Of a stretch of 64,000 nt of DNA, positions 40,401 through 46,977 are shown in pieces. Origin of the DNA: an uncultured Gammaproteobacteria bacterium (lineage in GTDB: Bacteria; Patescibacteriota; Microgenomatia; Daviesbacterales; UBA10151); NCBI GenBank assembly GCA_964446685.1, contig CAYUPO010000003.1, positions 39,183-103,182 of the forward strand, written 5' to 3'. Each line of letters starts with the position of its first letter. Positions within the stretch are counted from its first letter, which is position 1. Below the pieces are notes generated by a model. The model worked only from the letters and a program-made list of their open reading frames with translations, did no database searches and was not told the DNA's origin. Made by a program: the position numbers and the translations under genes.

Positions 40401-42932
40401 CTGCTGTAAGGCTGCAGTTTTGGTCTGACACTGAGCATCATTAACGCAGATATATCCTGGTGCATTTAGACAGGTTTGGCCATCTTCACTACATTTATTC
40501 TCCTTACTGGTTAGGTTTAAACTTTCAGTGGTACATGCACTACAGCTGGCTTGGCTAGGATCGTATTTACAGACAGGAGCTCCATTGTCGCTGGCAACTT
40601 TTCCAGCGCAGGCTTTTTTGCCTCCATCGGCGCAGGCTTCAGTATAGACACATTGGGCTCCCAGCTCTGCTAACCCAACAAAAGCAGATACACTTGATAC
40701 TGCAGTCTGGTATGCCTTTTGGTTACGCTCATTACATTCATTGATGGCTGCTTCCCCAACCTGTGCAGCACAATTCTCTGGCTTAAATGAAGCTGCTGCC
40801 TGAGCTATTTTATCTTTTTCATAATTGCCGAATTCACAGTTAATTTTAGCTTCCCCAGTTAAGCTGGAACAATCTTTTATTCCTAGATTTTGTCTGTTCT
40901 GTTCTAATTTGATGGCCTGCTGGTTTCTCTCTGTGCAATCCTTCTTTTCCTGCTCGGATCCACTGCTGCAGCTTTCCAATCTGACATTGTCCAAAACCCT
41001 GCCTAGAAATCTGGTTTCAGTGTTTTTATTTTCACAAGCCTCTTTTGCCTCTCCCTCAAGTGATGTACAGTCATCTACTGTCAGACTGGCTTTTATCAGT
41101 GAGGCCTGATCCAGTTTTTGACCAGTTTGGGCAATCCGGGTATTTTCTTTTTGGCATTCAGCTCTTTTGGCTGCATCTACTTCATCAAGACAATTTAACA
41201 ACTTGATCTCTTGTCCTGACGTAGCGTTGTTACCTGCACAGGAATTTGGACATTGGGAAGCATTTACGGTTGAATAAACATTAACACAGGCTGCTCCATC
41301 CCAGCCGGATGACTGCTCGATACAAATATTGCCGTCACAGTAGTGATTAACAGCATTGGTTTCTTTGCAGGAGGCGTCTTTAGTTCTCTGCAGTTCTTCA
41401 GGATTTGGTAGTGAAGCATCAATGATTTGACCTGATTCTGAAATCGGTTGAGCGATTGCAGGCGCACCGGTTTCAGCCACATATTTATTGCCATTTGCGT
41501 CCTGCTCAACTCCGCATTTGCCGGCAACCAGTTCACAGTTACCACCTGGTTTTGCTTGGCCTTTTGGTTCTCCATCACAGTACAGGATATGCAACCTGCA
41601 ATACTGCAGTCCGACACAGCCGCTATCTGCTAAATCAGCAAATCCGCAAGCCTGATAGCCTGACGTATCAACCTGCTCTAATCCAGCACCTCTAAACTCA
41701 TTAAGTAACTGATTTTGACACTCAGCTTTCCATTGATCTTCAGGATTATTACAGTTAAATTTTCTGGATCCATCAGTATTGGTACAGTATTTGGCACCAA
41801 CACTGCCACCACAAGATCCACCACATTCTTCCCGGCAATAAATCTCATCATTGATGGCTGCCTGCTCGGTGTTTGAATTGACACAGCTGCCGACGTTGAT
41901 ATCCCAATATTGATTTGATGGACAAGCGCCATCATTTTCCCCAGTACTTCCACCATCAATGCCACATCCGTTATATTCCCAACTATTGTTGTCTCCAGCG
42001 TCCCCACCTTTAAATAACCAGCCATTTTCACAATAGCCAGCCGTAACATTACTGCTGCTAGCTGCTGTATAGCACCTGTTATCTCTCCATGATCCCCCCG
42101 CTTTATTACACTCCTGTTCATTGGTATCTGAGTCAACCTGACCAAGACCACAACCGGTATATTCCCAGCTGTTATTATCTCCTGCGTCACCTCCCTTAAA
42201 AGTCCAGCCGTTCTCACAATATCCAGCTTTCACCTCATTGCTGCTGGCTGGGGTATAACATCTGTTATCAGTCCAGGTGCCTCCAGCTCTGTTGCACTCC
42301 TCCTCATTGCTATCTGAATCAACTTCTCCCATTCCGCAACGGGTATATTCCCAGCTATTATTGTCGCCAGCATCTCCGCCTTTGAAAGTCCAGCCGTTTT
42401 CGCAATAGCCGGCTTCTATCTGATTGCTGTTGTTATCATTACTGCTGGCTGAAGTAAAACACCGATCATCCCTCCAGGTTCCACCCGCCCGATTACAATC
42501 CTCTTCGCTGTTATCTGAATTGTCATCGTCATCATTGTTCTGCCCACAGCCGGTATATCGCCAATTGTCATCATCTCCGGCATCCCCTCCTCTAAAAGTC
42601 CAGCCGTTCTCACAATACCCAGCTTCAACTCCTCCACCGTTGTCGTTGTTATCGTCATCGTTATTATCATCATTATTATTGTTATCACTGTCATCATCTC
42701 CATCATTGTCATCATTCCCGCCATTTCCTCCCCCTTCTTCACAACCAGTGTATTCCCAATTATTATCATCTCCCGCATCTCCGCCATTAAATGTCCAGCC
42801 ATTTTCGCAGTTATTAGAATCAAGAGCATAGGCATTTGGGGGAAACGGCTGAGGAAAATAAAAAATAGTTAAGAATGCCAGGAAAACAAACAGGAGTGTG
42901 AAAATAGATCTTTTTGACGGATAGGGCAACAT
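28464..42932 (-). CDS. Giant (4822-aa) secreted multidomain protein: signal anchor, 5x N-terminal 'CENGWTF..GGDAGD' repeats, Cys-rich region, long helical region, degenerate Fic motif, intact Fic motif, C-terminal R-S-E ADP-ribosyltransferase-like signature
   Basis: A single uninterrupted ORF. Fic motif 'HPYGDVNGRLSRTLMNWSLENAG' at nt ~30625-30663. Degenerate Fic 'SFREVNNSLYLGIANTMLAERG' at ~31850-31930. ART signature 'LYRGG' (~30100-30125), 'GTSNY', 'GEQEVLIPGG' (~29615-29672). Confidence 0.7.
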   Translation of the reverse strand: MLPYPSKRSIFTLLFVFLAFLTIFYFPQPFPPNAYALDSNNCENGWTFNGGDAGDDNNWEYTGCEEGGGNGGNDDNDGDDDSDNNNNDDNNDDDNNDNGGGVEAGYCENGWTFRGGDAGDDDNWRYTGCGQNNDDDDNSDNSEEDCNRAGGTWRDDRCFTSASSNDNNSNQIEAGYCENGWTFKGGDAGDNNSWEYTRCGMGEVDSDSNEEECNRAGGTWTDNRCYTPASSNEVKAGYCENGWTFKGGDAGDNNSWEYTGCGLGQVDSDTNEQECNKAGGSWRDNRCYTAASSSNVTAGYCENGWLFKGGDAGDNNSWEYNGCGIDGGSTGENDGACPSNQYWDINVGSCVNSNTEQAAINDEIYCREECGGSCGGSVGAKYCTNTDGSRKFNCNNPEDQWKAECQNQLLNEFRGAGLEQVDTSGYQACGFADLADSGCVGLQYCRLHILYCDGEPKGQAKPGGNCELVAGKCGVEQDANGNKYVAETGAPAIAQPISESGQIIDASLPNPEELQRTKDASCKETNAVNHYCDGNICIEQSSGWDGAACVNVYSTVNASQCPNSCAGNNATSGQEIKLLNCLDEVDAAKRAECQKENTRIAQTGQKLDQASLIKASLTVDDCTSLEGEAKEACENKNTETRFLGRVLDNVRLESCSSGSEQEKKDCTERNQQAIKLEQNRQNLGIKDCSSLTGEAKINCEFGNYEKDKIAQAAASFKPENCAAQVGEAAINECNERNQKAYQTAVSSVSAFVGLAELGAQCVYTEACADGGKKACAGKVASDNGAPVCKYDPSQASCSACTTESLNLTSKENKCSEDGQTCLNAPGYICVNDAQCQTKTAALQQAAADAPIDPARLFSQKFEEGKSCLQPEICDLGDGSQGEHVCYGKGDVEGKCDLSQGGGVCSACQAKGTIKINKEATCNAENKCVGAPALSGCMNDEQCKPVVVTPARTIRQGGAVGPGQIQGQDGCAYNAVTSCKTIETRAADYYTTSFSNSPDARDLNRDKAVEQHQECVTDYIKASCPTYITTAPVIASQAVTNHVQYNYAVTEASVATNQLDQYGAAVVRDLGYIPVETAAKLEKLQADQEAALEKLRQAEKAINILPQASLSLDRSTVDSQVAGLEKVNQILDTNQQVSRDLAAAQQLRLQYDRSNDYNPDSNISIARPEDDPLYRQKLAEAEQGINRLKELGSKGSAATFEDQLNTIPSRTNAIRSTERLVESGTQMANLLEAHAKLNGQTNVGREEVEFLQDAGLSYVDKLRTQGGTVATAQANQLEARVGNAAYNAWKAEYEQEFAAGKSLDPDTNNAIGGIINGLNTSVEHIAVVDPAKAKQLRVEARVIPEIVAAQAYSNHVKSQVANGHLTADEKAALDEGFNTIIRAATSKAGDGVIVGDLQDKYANAVVEGTAQRLVNERLAIARAGNIETDEQSAELSRQFREQVINPLTLANQADTARQLQNSFNTAPSVGSAQGNISLATRLAVNDVGNPDKDLTPQTTALENARLSLSVLPETPEKAKLQTDLANFNQNVSTILDRKRAVDSFREDVTWAAYNAANQNNSAVTAERVETARARFGALPDDLKADPVLAAQANSLDTIAKIGDQRKVMNDWYQTAAQAKAAGDEAGYQDALEKARNIYGATVAETITLPQNLRTGALTSLTGESNKNELEVGTRVAERAAELSEGRVEQSAARIILPAKGIAGLVVQADTAVKCFTVYSLTEGCQAVRSSTVSTGSQLVASAQNWLGEHPTVRDPLSFIGAIGYDAGQSFVNDGITATDSTRSSSEKMQAGLATLNATGDLSAAMRAAGLSTQYGIWNTNYYDTPQVKQRAEETAAQVGILPKNYEQMLKAGKMTQEQVDAAMKPENWSPTQNQAFFAFLPHEDPNPLKWLSNNLLNAAIDVNPFIHQGSAQLICADTYGSLCYTGFGESISMNPEDYTKANRVLSEVFPGYTPSDYQSFSIYANAKASCMATGSGAANNEFCTSYTVKQLGLTPDEAAKLEKDFNAYGYAAEYVKSNTEPGKFAWEMQLNVSESVGNTAVTAAIALPIAAATGGTGFASLTGLDALQIVPALARGGVKLASVGVREMLPEAAGLLRESVGAAVDAPWSQKVPAFFGPEIWDAPKYARNADDAVVAARQSVLAAQDNLLRVQQARSDFEAKIRSDPAFAADPQLPAYLNLADARVKEAESTLVAAYSASGKQVNDLVRYDQEVFEAQISLNRIQADIENVPVNQIDALSIQADAASAALQQARINAVVRELGETVSEVDAVRLAQEKVDNLRLFELNGATVDPVRVQIANDELAEAYAQAIQDQYGIPLDQTPQVASIPPPSPNIFERIADGLGAITSRFTGNTSVTTPPAAAAPQASVDPTLLNNLRNHPDVRGYGVSSDATGQKITVNFRDGRPAEEFTPDQLRADSRFNPNASNTQNTAQAAPNTGTTANNSQPNVAQPRPATPGTNTTSVPDPAVASNVTTPPLTPANPTIPNAPGWVNRVTNRVANWLQAVDRPLNWLTSAPPANTSLLNGSALDRASAASLASRLSNDIPPLEAQVAQATQERSDLLINRLILLKDIEGLEARRSNILWRWGKRKLNIGDDLEIQLGLKKDQLDKINLAIKTNSDDLQTKNRILTTARTELKQAEDVLNPTSISSQVNVRSTKERELAKRADDLAKANNELTYSPIEIWQERPAGEVKPTLVEKLTASQQKLAALQAQMARDSENISVLKPEMQQRWLAAYNKVIELEGDTTTSKAVLDQAREELRVAREGLAFRKVSEKTYAEALTARNNLKSEYEKLYFDANAAALDVNKLATEVDYYRAKVFTSAASGNEINDANRRLLNTLSPTAGFSEASGFGLWKQPAKTDVAFFMDTTGRLGISDTGKQGLWIIARYQKSGDGTVILDQIILPHTAPQNLREFAKAATPGKWLPGKLSGDIKIIAESEFNTTFAAAQKVNTQQVPIVINPATSATRLVTDIEREVVMDFTGFQRVNFDISTGKATLVNPVSDDQIRAALIRQGMRDTDPDLNAAIRRISDEINPKTPTPPAPATAPNIPANPTTQAPASINSVSAISPFAQAAREIPVNPRTNTAISAVVDNLGDQLDAFYISLENSLRHASARTNLNQLPEIRALLIQAENRLDQIKPEYTNAVQQQKLIMQRVEEARASGTLNQAAIDQFNRELAPLNDSISRLKPVYLELEIEIIPEIRTEYRIPSATVGNRVGEELTRRGINPSLLSADEKIDLYLQLKQANSVAPANPASVPPVTQAVQNVTGAVQVVVTTADDAAGSIASAVRNAVSTAPAPVQTAGNAAADVVDGVLQTPLAGMPVIGPTAILAAEGLEEAARVARILGNDTLAESLEAQARILKAGQNTSQIPPLTDDSVLIDDSADLLTDGAVITSPTGIPIATRVDDAVSQAFYPLGSLVDDLERINTSGNPPPVPLTPSQLRDLNSAIKIAVRDGKVTPELADFWKGLVRDAGEIGPDRNMRQVHPYIYPDGHYFYGYQPTVDLSKGNFINANLALRAYVTDSLSDPRNFSSSNVFLNWLRAAHQEIAYKPDMQGGALVPGRMVSEGHFEIVNTYVARVARDLNDPYFDNLMAVRNKNIDVEQYLQLPGISKGGASKDWNYPYGLTHNYPDPRFTNEYFEQMRLRMQQLTTDRTLSLEDQLRLIAESYQYGVVARSFREVNNSLYLGIANTMLAERGLKPVSAGFLDFAAMRLQQENFVELFIREVEKTNPDVNVRSGFLGSANCNLASIPQASNLAQANQTSNVLGASTGEVLAASTGPCGPLSSLVQSVPGLDDIPGVAAAADGVDDVVLDFQKSAGELLDEILPQPASQFDDIIPVARQALPEPNWVEARTEIDTLTASLKKNEIDLPTYTQKVEEITQTNTPLAKTAETALLVDDKFVRTGIITGQTGLEKTFGEEAWVDWLNARTAARAYGKQPLTVDFIRDLHIRLTGTADPSIGGSPRIGAARGGDYSQPGPATYTKEHADEIRNNPLLEFLQRGEDPNAGIIEYPSLNSEKGRKIYESLPQDAKDRIGPVGKTASIPANQAFVEELLSDLAKWYNQQASNPSHDPFQLAAELQRRLITIHPYGDVNGRLSRTLMNWSLENAGKTPPILSEFNDDIILPLESWTEQIKNGSQKAEEMAKWRQTLERIGITDEAEMLGLSEDKTFYDFFFNEFGLAPAPVAPGGKLIHRDYDNFLSELRAARAEFEAKFKGQVSANSMGMKLPAAIPVGGLVPESYLNALQIKPQDYEAYERYIRERFYTDAKLYRGGKTTDAITTHEDILRLFEEPVAIGTSNYAVGLQEVSLRWTRKMKEENIIAALQKHNDQMATDFRYDADELTQTISTHTSTDLNKISPYASTGIEKYNGSNWAMFLDDGGDVPNGVVFTLKSPASGAIDTYTTGQTAGIPAFQGKILTNHPGEQEVLIPGGINPHAIEQIEIYTRGDSYGQVSHTAKKVVTDDGIFVVITDKEERFTFQLNPNTGKYQPTNYQVAEELLDPIKPPSFPSQIVETFEQTAANALSDISDINLPSFLKPVEKLEMIPVEQIGDATLVKDTTPFSPHLPAIDFATAPLETVIESSDSIYNIQTNLYAKAGASSDPPGLIFNNIFYPYEDIASRITAYYYNDAPLYTIPTEFGLREKVQKIKFDQVSAFLTNNYIQTAANNLNFKWKSGDIKNTNISFYLAPDTSIYTNKYAAPPGSSKIEAFITTLPDLQQSKVEEIIFSDGTPEKLIASVKQNFTDNVSNTPPIVYTIPKSNTWIDKTINATHSLFQNIAEVKYNVGQNFKLNMAALKAELNQISVSEMISNLLNKKTP

Positions 42933-43029
42933 GTTAAAAAAATGCTGAAAAACCCCCTTTGGAAAGGGCTAAATCCATTGTTACAAATGCGTGAAAATAA
43001 GGCAAGGGTCTTTTATATATAGAGAAGGT

Positions 43030-43115
43030 TACAAATAACCCAATAAACAAATGTCAAATAAACAAATACCAAATTATTGGACATTTGACATTGGGTTATT
43101 TGTTTATTGGGTTAT
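43030..43115. repeat. Inverted-repeat intergenic element, family C (copy 2)
   Basis: 'CCAATAAACAAATGTCAAATAAACAAAT...TTGGGTTATTTGTTTATTGGG'. Homologous to 21365..21480. Confidence 0.5.
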
Positions 43116-43122
43116 GTCTCTA

Positions 43123-43563
43123 CTAGATTTGGATATAAAACACACTGCTTCCTACTAACTCGGCTGTTCCATTTTCGGTTTTATAGAGATAAATACTTAG
43201 AGTCTGACGGCCGGGGGCAGCATTTTTGGGATCAAGAGTACCCGTCATCATCAGTTTATCTTCCTGTTGAACTAATTTCATCGGAACCCCGGCTGATTCT
43301 CCGACTATAAAAACGGCATTTAATTTACCTATATCGGTCCTGTTAATTACCCGGGCTTTAACTTCAACTGGTGTGCTGAGCGCTTGGCTGGGTGAAGGAT
43401 TTAATACTTCAATTGCTTTAACCACATTTTGACTAGCCTGAGTTTTAACTGTTTGTGTCTGGGTGACATTACGGGTTATCAAGGTACCAACTAACACCCC
43501 CACCAAAAGCAGCACCACAATAAAAATACTGACTGCAATCTTTTTGTTACTTTCCCCATCCAT
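43123..43563 (-). CDS. Small anchored secreted hypothetical protein
   Basis: 146 aa with an N-terminal TM. Confidence 0.4.
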   Translation of the reverse strand: MDGESNKKIAVSIFIVVLLLVGVLVGTLITRNVTQTQTVKTQASQNVVKAIEVLNPSPSQALSTPVEVKARVINRTDIGKLNAVFIVGESAGVPMKLVQQEDKLMMTGTLDPKNAAPGRQTLSIYLYKTENGTAELVGSSVFYIQI

Positions 43564-43599
43564 ACCATTAAGGTATCACGGCAACAATAAAAACGACAA

Positions 43600-43760
43600 G
43601 TCTCAATCAGAAAGCATCTGACTCCCCTCTCACTTATGTCATTCTGGAAAGCAACGACTTTACCAGAATCAAACTAAGGATAATTCTGGACAAGCCAGAA
43701 TGACACTAAGGGCTATCAGCTAAACAATTGTCCCTTTGTCATTCTGATCCGCCAGCTGGC
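43600..43760. mobile_element. MITE-like elements (family 2: GTCATTCTGG...CCAGAATGAC) and hairpin TCCGCCAGCTGGCGGA
   Basis: Two nested GTCATTCTG/CAGAATGAC inverted-repeat pairs. A further copy lies at 60705..60860. Confidence 0.45.
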
Positions 43761-43774
43761 GGAGAAGAATATGA

Positions 43775-43845
43775 GCAAAGCTCTTCTACGAATGAGCAAA
43801 GCTCTTCTACGAATGAGCAAAGCTCTTCTACGAATAATTTACTTG
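43775..43845. repeat. 23-bp tandem repeat x3 (GAATGAGCAAAGCTCTTCTAC)
   Basis: Three perfect copies seen directly. Confidence 0.8.
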
Positions 43846-43955
43846 GATTTTATATCCTTCACGTTGTTCAGGATGACAGCCCTCCATCTACAACCTACAA
43901 ATAATTCTCCCCTTCTTGACAGCTGATATCTGATCAGTCGACAATAGATTAGATT

Positions 43956-44372
43956 ATGTTGCCCAATTTACTAGCCAGACTTTCTAGAATTTCACCACTT
44001 TATCTCTTGCTTGGTTTATTACTCTGTTTGCAGATTTTTCAGATATGGCAGGGAAACAAAGCCGCAAACAATGCCCCACTTTCTGCAGTTCCTTTGGCAT
44101 CAACAACACCGGTTGAGATTTTTAGCAGTCAGACCGCCAGTATCAGAGGCAAAATAACTGCTATAAATGGGTCAAAAATGATGCTGGAAAATGATCAAAA
44201 AGTCAGCGGCGAATTTGAAGCAGGCAGAGTTGTTTTGATCAATGATGCTACCAATCTCTCGGTTGCCTCTTCCTCTGCTGATCTGAAAAAAATCCAGTTA
44301 AACAAAGATGCAGTCATAAATTTGCTGTATGCTGATGGCAGATATGTTGTGACTTCTTTAACCTACAGATGA
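43956..44372 (+). CDS. Small secreted hypothetical protein
   Basis: 138 aa with an N-terminal signal/anchor. Confidence 0.4.
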   Translation: MLPNLLARLSRISPLYLLLGLLLCLQIFQIWQGNKAANNAPLSAVPLASTTPVEIFSSQTASIRGKITAINGSKMMLENDQKVSGEFEAGRVVLINDATNLSVASSSADLKKIQLNKDAVINLLYADGRYVVTSLTYR

Positions 44373-44375
44373 GAG

Positions 44376-44512
44376 TTAATTTCTAATTACTAATTTCTAA
44401 GTACTCTAAACAAATCCTAAATTCTAATGACTAATATATTCAGACATTTAATTTTTTGACATTATTTAGGTCAATTAGAAATTAGTAATTAGAAATTAGA
44501 ATTTTTTTAGTA
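44376..44512. repeat. Inverted-repeat intergenic element, family A/B (copy B)
   Basis: 'TAATTTCTAA..CTAAACAAATCCTAAATTCTAATGACTAA..GACATTATTTAG..ATTAGAAATTAG'. Homologous to 20108..20230. Confidence 0.55.
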
Positions 44513-45727
44513 AACCTGGTCTTTCACAAACAGTGCCTTTCTCAATAAATACCAGTCCAAATAGTTCACAACTGTATCTCCGTTGAGATCCAAAGGGCTG
44601 TCTGTAACTTCACTTCCCCATTTTTCCAGCATCCTGGAAGAATCATCTTTAGTTAAATCACTGGTGGGTTTTAATGCGACCTGCCCCGCTGCCACAGTTT
44701 TTCCATTAGGGTTTGATATCAAACCAAAAGGTGGAGAAACCTCGGAAATAATTGTTTGTCCATCTTTCATAACACTGGTCAGCTGTAAAGAATAGGTATT
44801 TTCCGCGATAACCATTGGTAAGGGAATACTCAGCGAAGGTGTCCAGGTAAAGTTCCCGGTATTGGGGATATTTTCCGCAATAATGCCAAAAGGTTCACCG
44901 TTTAGAAAGAGGGTCAAAGATTTGATACTTTCAGCTGAAGCGTTCCATTTGATATCAACTGGCCGGAAATAAAAGAAAACTTCACCCGCAGCCGGGCTTA
45001 ACAGATTTATCTGGTTTTTAGTTTCAGAACTGGGCTGCATTTCCGAGTATTTAGACTGCAGCTTACCGGTAAATGCGGTATTTGAATTTGGCAAAGCAGC
45101 ATCCCGTCTGATAGATACATTGATATTTTTTTGAGCGATAACTGCCGGCTTACTGCCAGTATTGGTTAACAACCCTGATTCAGGAGACAGTGAGATTGTG
45201 GTTTCCCCTTCACTGAGTGTCACAAATCTGACCTGAGCCAGCAAATAAGCTGCCCCGCCTGGTTCAGTTTTTAAGCCTGGTGTAGGTGTGCCGGAGATTA
45301 AGTTGATCTCTCCTTTATCATTGTCATATCCTTTTGATAACCAATATTTGCCAAAAAAAACTTTGTTTGCTGTTTGAGCCGGATTTGTCACAATTTCGGA
45401 AACTTTAACCAGAGAAGGGTTAAACTGCAGTTTGACCTGGGCCAGATTTACTGCATCACTATCTGCCCGGATTACAATATCTACCGGAATATTTTGGTTG
45501 ATGCCGACTGTTTCAGCCGGGGTTATCAGATTGATACTGTTTTCAATTACAACCTGGTCTTCCAAAGCAGCTTTTGAAGAAAATTGCTGCTGATTTTGGA
45601 CCAGATATAAACTTACCGGGAGAGATAACAACAAGAAGGAGAAAACAGCAATCACAAACATGGCTTTTTTACTGCGTTTAGCTGGTTGTTCTTCCAGCTG
45701 CAGGTGAGGTAATTGTTCACTTCCCAT
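44507..45727 (-). CDS. Anchored cohesin-like protein with a single C-terminal dockerin-like segment
   Basis: TM + 'YLVQNQQQFSSKAALED'. 'SGTPTPGLKTEPGG'. C-terminus 'DLNGDTVVNYLDWYLL'. Confidence 0.5.
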   Translation of the reverse strand: MGSEQLPHLQLEEQPAKRSKKAMFVIAVFSFLLLSLPVSLYLVQNQQQFSSKAALEDQVVIENSINLITPAETVGINQNIPVDIVIRADSDAVNLAQVKLQFNPSLVKVSEIVTNPAQTANKVFFGKYWLSKGYDNDKGEINLISGTPTPGLKTEPGGAAYLLAQVRFVTLSEGETTISLSPESGLLTNTGSKPAVIAQKNINVSIRRDAALPNSNTAFTGKLQSKYSEMQPSSETKNQINLLSPAAGEVFFYFRPVDIKWNASAESIKSLTLFLNGEPFGIIAENIPNTGNFTWTPSLSIPLPMVIAENTYSLQLTSVMKDGQTIISEVSPPFGLISNPNGKTVAAGQVALKPTSDLTKDDSSRMLEKWGSEVTDSPLDLNGDTVVNYLDWYLLRKALFVKDQVY

Positions 45728-45822
45728 TGGCTTTATTGTAACGCAATAGCAGATAAATAGTTAAATAGTGAATTAGTTAATTAGAAGAAAGCTGATTAGC
45801 TCTAATTATAGGTCTTCGGTGA

Positions 45823-46794
45823 TTACTTTAAAGCTTCAATTGTAGGCAAAGTTCCATTTACCAGAAACTGCAGCATCGCTCCTCCTCCAGTTGAAACAAA
45901 AGTAAACTTTTCCAGGAAATGGCCATGATCCAGCGCACTTATAGTATCTCCCCCACCAATAATTGTTTTTGCTCCAGTTAGTGTTATAGCGTGTGCCAGT
46001 TTGGCTGTGGCGTCATTTTTTGGATCTTCAAATTTGCCAACTGGACCGTTCCAGAGGATTTGTTTGGCTCGGTGTAAAATATTTTTCCATTCAGTCAAAG
46101 TTTTATCATCAATATCTTCCCCATTTTCAGTCAGCGTGGCAACCATGACATTCGCTCCGACTCTTTTTCCTGAGTCTCTTAACTCTTTAGCCAGCTTTCC
46201 TCCTACTAAAACCATATCGGCAATCTGACTCATTTTTTCAACAACCGGCAATTTATCTTCTAATTTTGCTCCACCCAAAATGGCGACAAACGGTCTAACA
46301 GGATGATTTCTGACCTGAGTCAGTATTTCAACCTCATCAGCAAATCTAAACCCGGCGGCATGAGGCATCAGAGTTGGTAAAACTGTAGTTGATGCAGACG
46401 GGTGATGAGAGGCGAATGCATCATTTACAAAAACATTGCCATATGATGCCAGATCTTTAGCAAAATCGATATCAGCAGCATCTTCACCCGGCTCAAAACG
46501 CAGATTCTCCATGATATGAAGCTTATGCTGGGGTAATCTAATATCGCGGGCGCCTGCTTCAAGCCATTTGATAATTGGCTGAACTGATAACTCAGGAACT
46601 TCTTTGCCCTCCGGCCTGCCAATATGTCCCATGATAATTACTGTTTTAGCATGATCCAGGCAAAAACCAAGTGTCTCCATTCCAGCACCTAAGCGGAACG
46701 AATCAACCACTTTTCCATCTTTTAGAGGAACATCCAGATCCAATCTGAGCAAGACAATCTGATCTTTAATGAAGGAGGCAGTCAGAGTTTTCAT
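45823..46794 (-). CDS. pgk: Phosphoglycerate kinase (short form, 323 aa)
   Basis: 'LDLDVPL', 'IMGHIGRPEG', 'FVNDAFASHH', 'ILGGAKLEDK', 'IGGGDTISA', 'STGGGAMLQFLVNGTLP'. Confidence 0.75.
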   Translation of the reverse strand: MKTLTASFIKDQIVLLRLDLDVPLKDGKVVDSFRLGAGMETLGFCLDHAKTVIIMGHIGRPEGKEVPELSVQPIIKWLEAGARDIRLPQHKLHIMENLRFEPGEDAADIDFAKDLASYGNVFVNDAFASHHPSASTTVLPTLMPHAAGFRFADEVEILTQVRNHPVRPFVAILGGAKLEDKLPVVEKMSQIADMVLVGGKLAKELRDSGKRVGANVMVATLTENGEDIDDKTLTEWKNILHRAKQILWNGPVGKFEDPKNDATAKLAHAITLTGAKTIIGGGDTISALDHGHFLEKFTFVSTGGGAMLQFLVNGTLPTIEALK

Positions 46795-46856
46795 CTAAAA
46801 TTAGTATATCGTAATTAAGTATTAGTTAGTAGGTTGTAGATGGTAGATAGCCTTCC

Positions 46857-46950
46857 ATGTCATTTCGAGCTTAGCGAGAAATCTCAAGACTAAAAAAGAA
46901 TCAACTTGGTTTTAATCAAGAGCTCTCTCGCTCCTCGCTCGAGATGACAA
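46857..46950. mobile_element. MITE-like palindromic element, family 1 (copy 2)
   Basis: 'GTCATTTCGAGCTTAGCGAGAAATCTCAAGACTAAAA...CTCTCTCGCTCCTCGCTCGAGATGACA'. Confidence 0.5.
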
Positions 46951-46977
46951 GTATTAACTATCCCAACTTTGTTCTTC

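Noticed and set aside
42416-42835. Overlapping ORFs 42416..42835 (-) and 42424..42831 (+) rich in M/T/I or S/L/P
   Set aside because: They are alternative-frame or antisense readings of the tandem N-terminal repeat region of the giant gene. Repeat periodicity keeps the frames open.
28464-42932. About twenty 60-180-aa ORFs on the plus strand antisense to the giant gene (e.g. 33766..34233, 36191..36526, 41456..41695)
   Set aside because: They are antisense to a long, well-supported ORF. They are compositionally biased and have no motifs.
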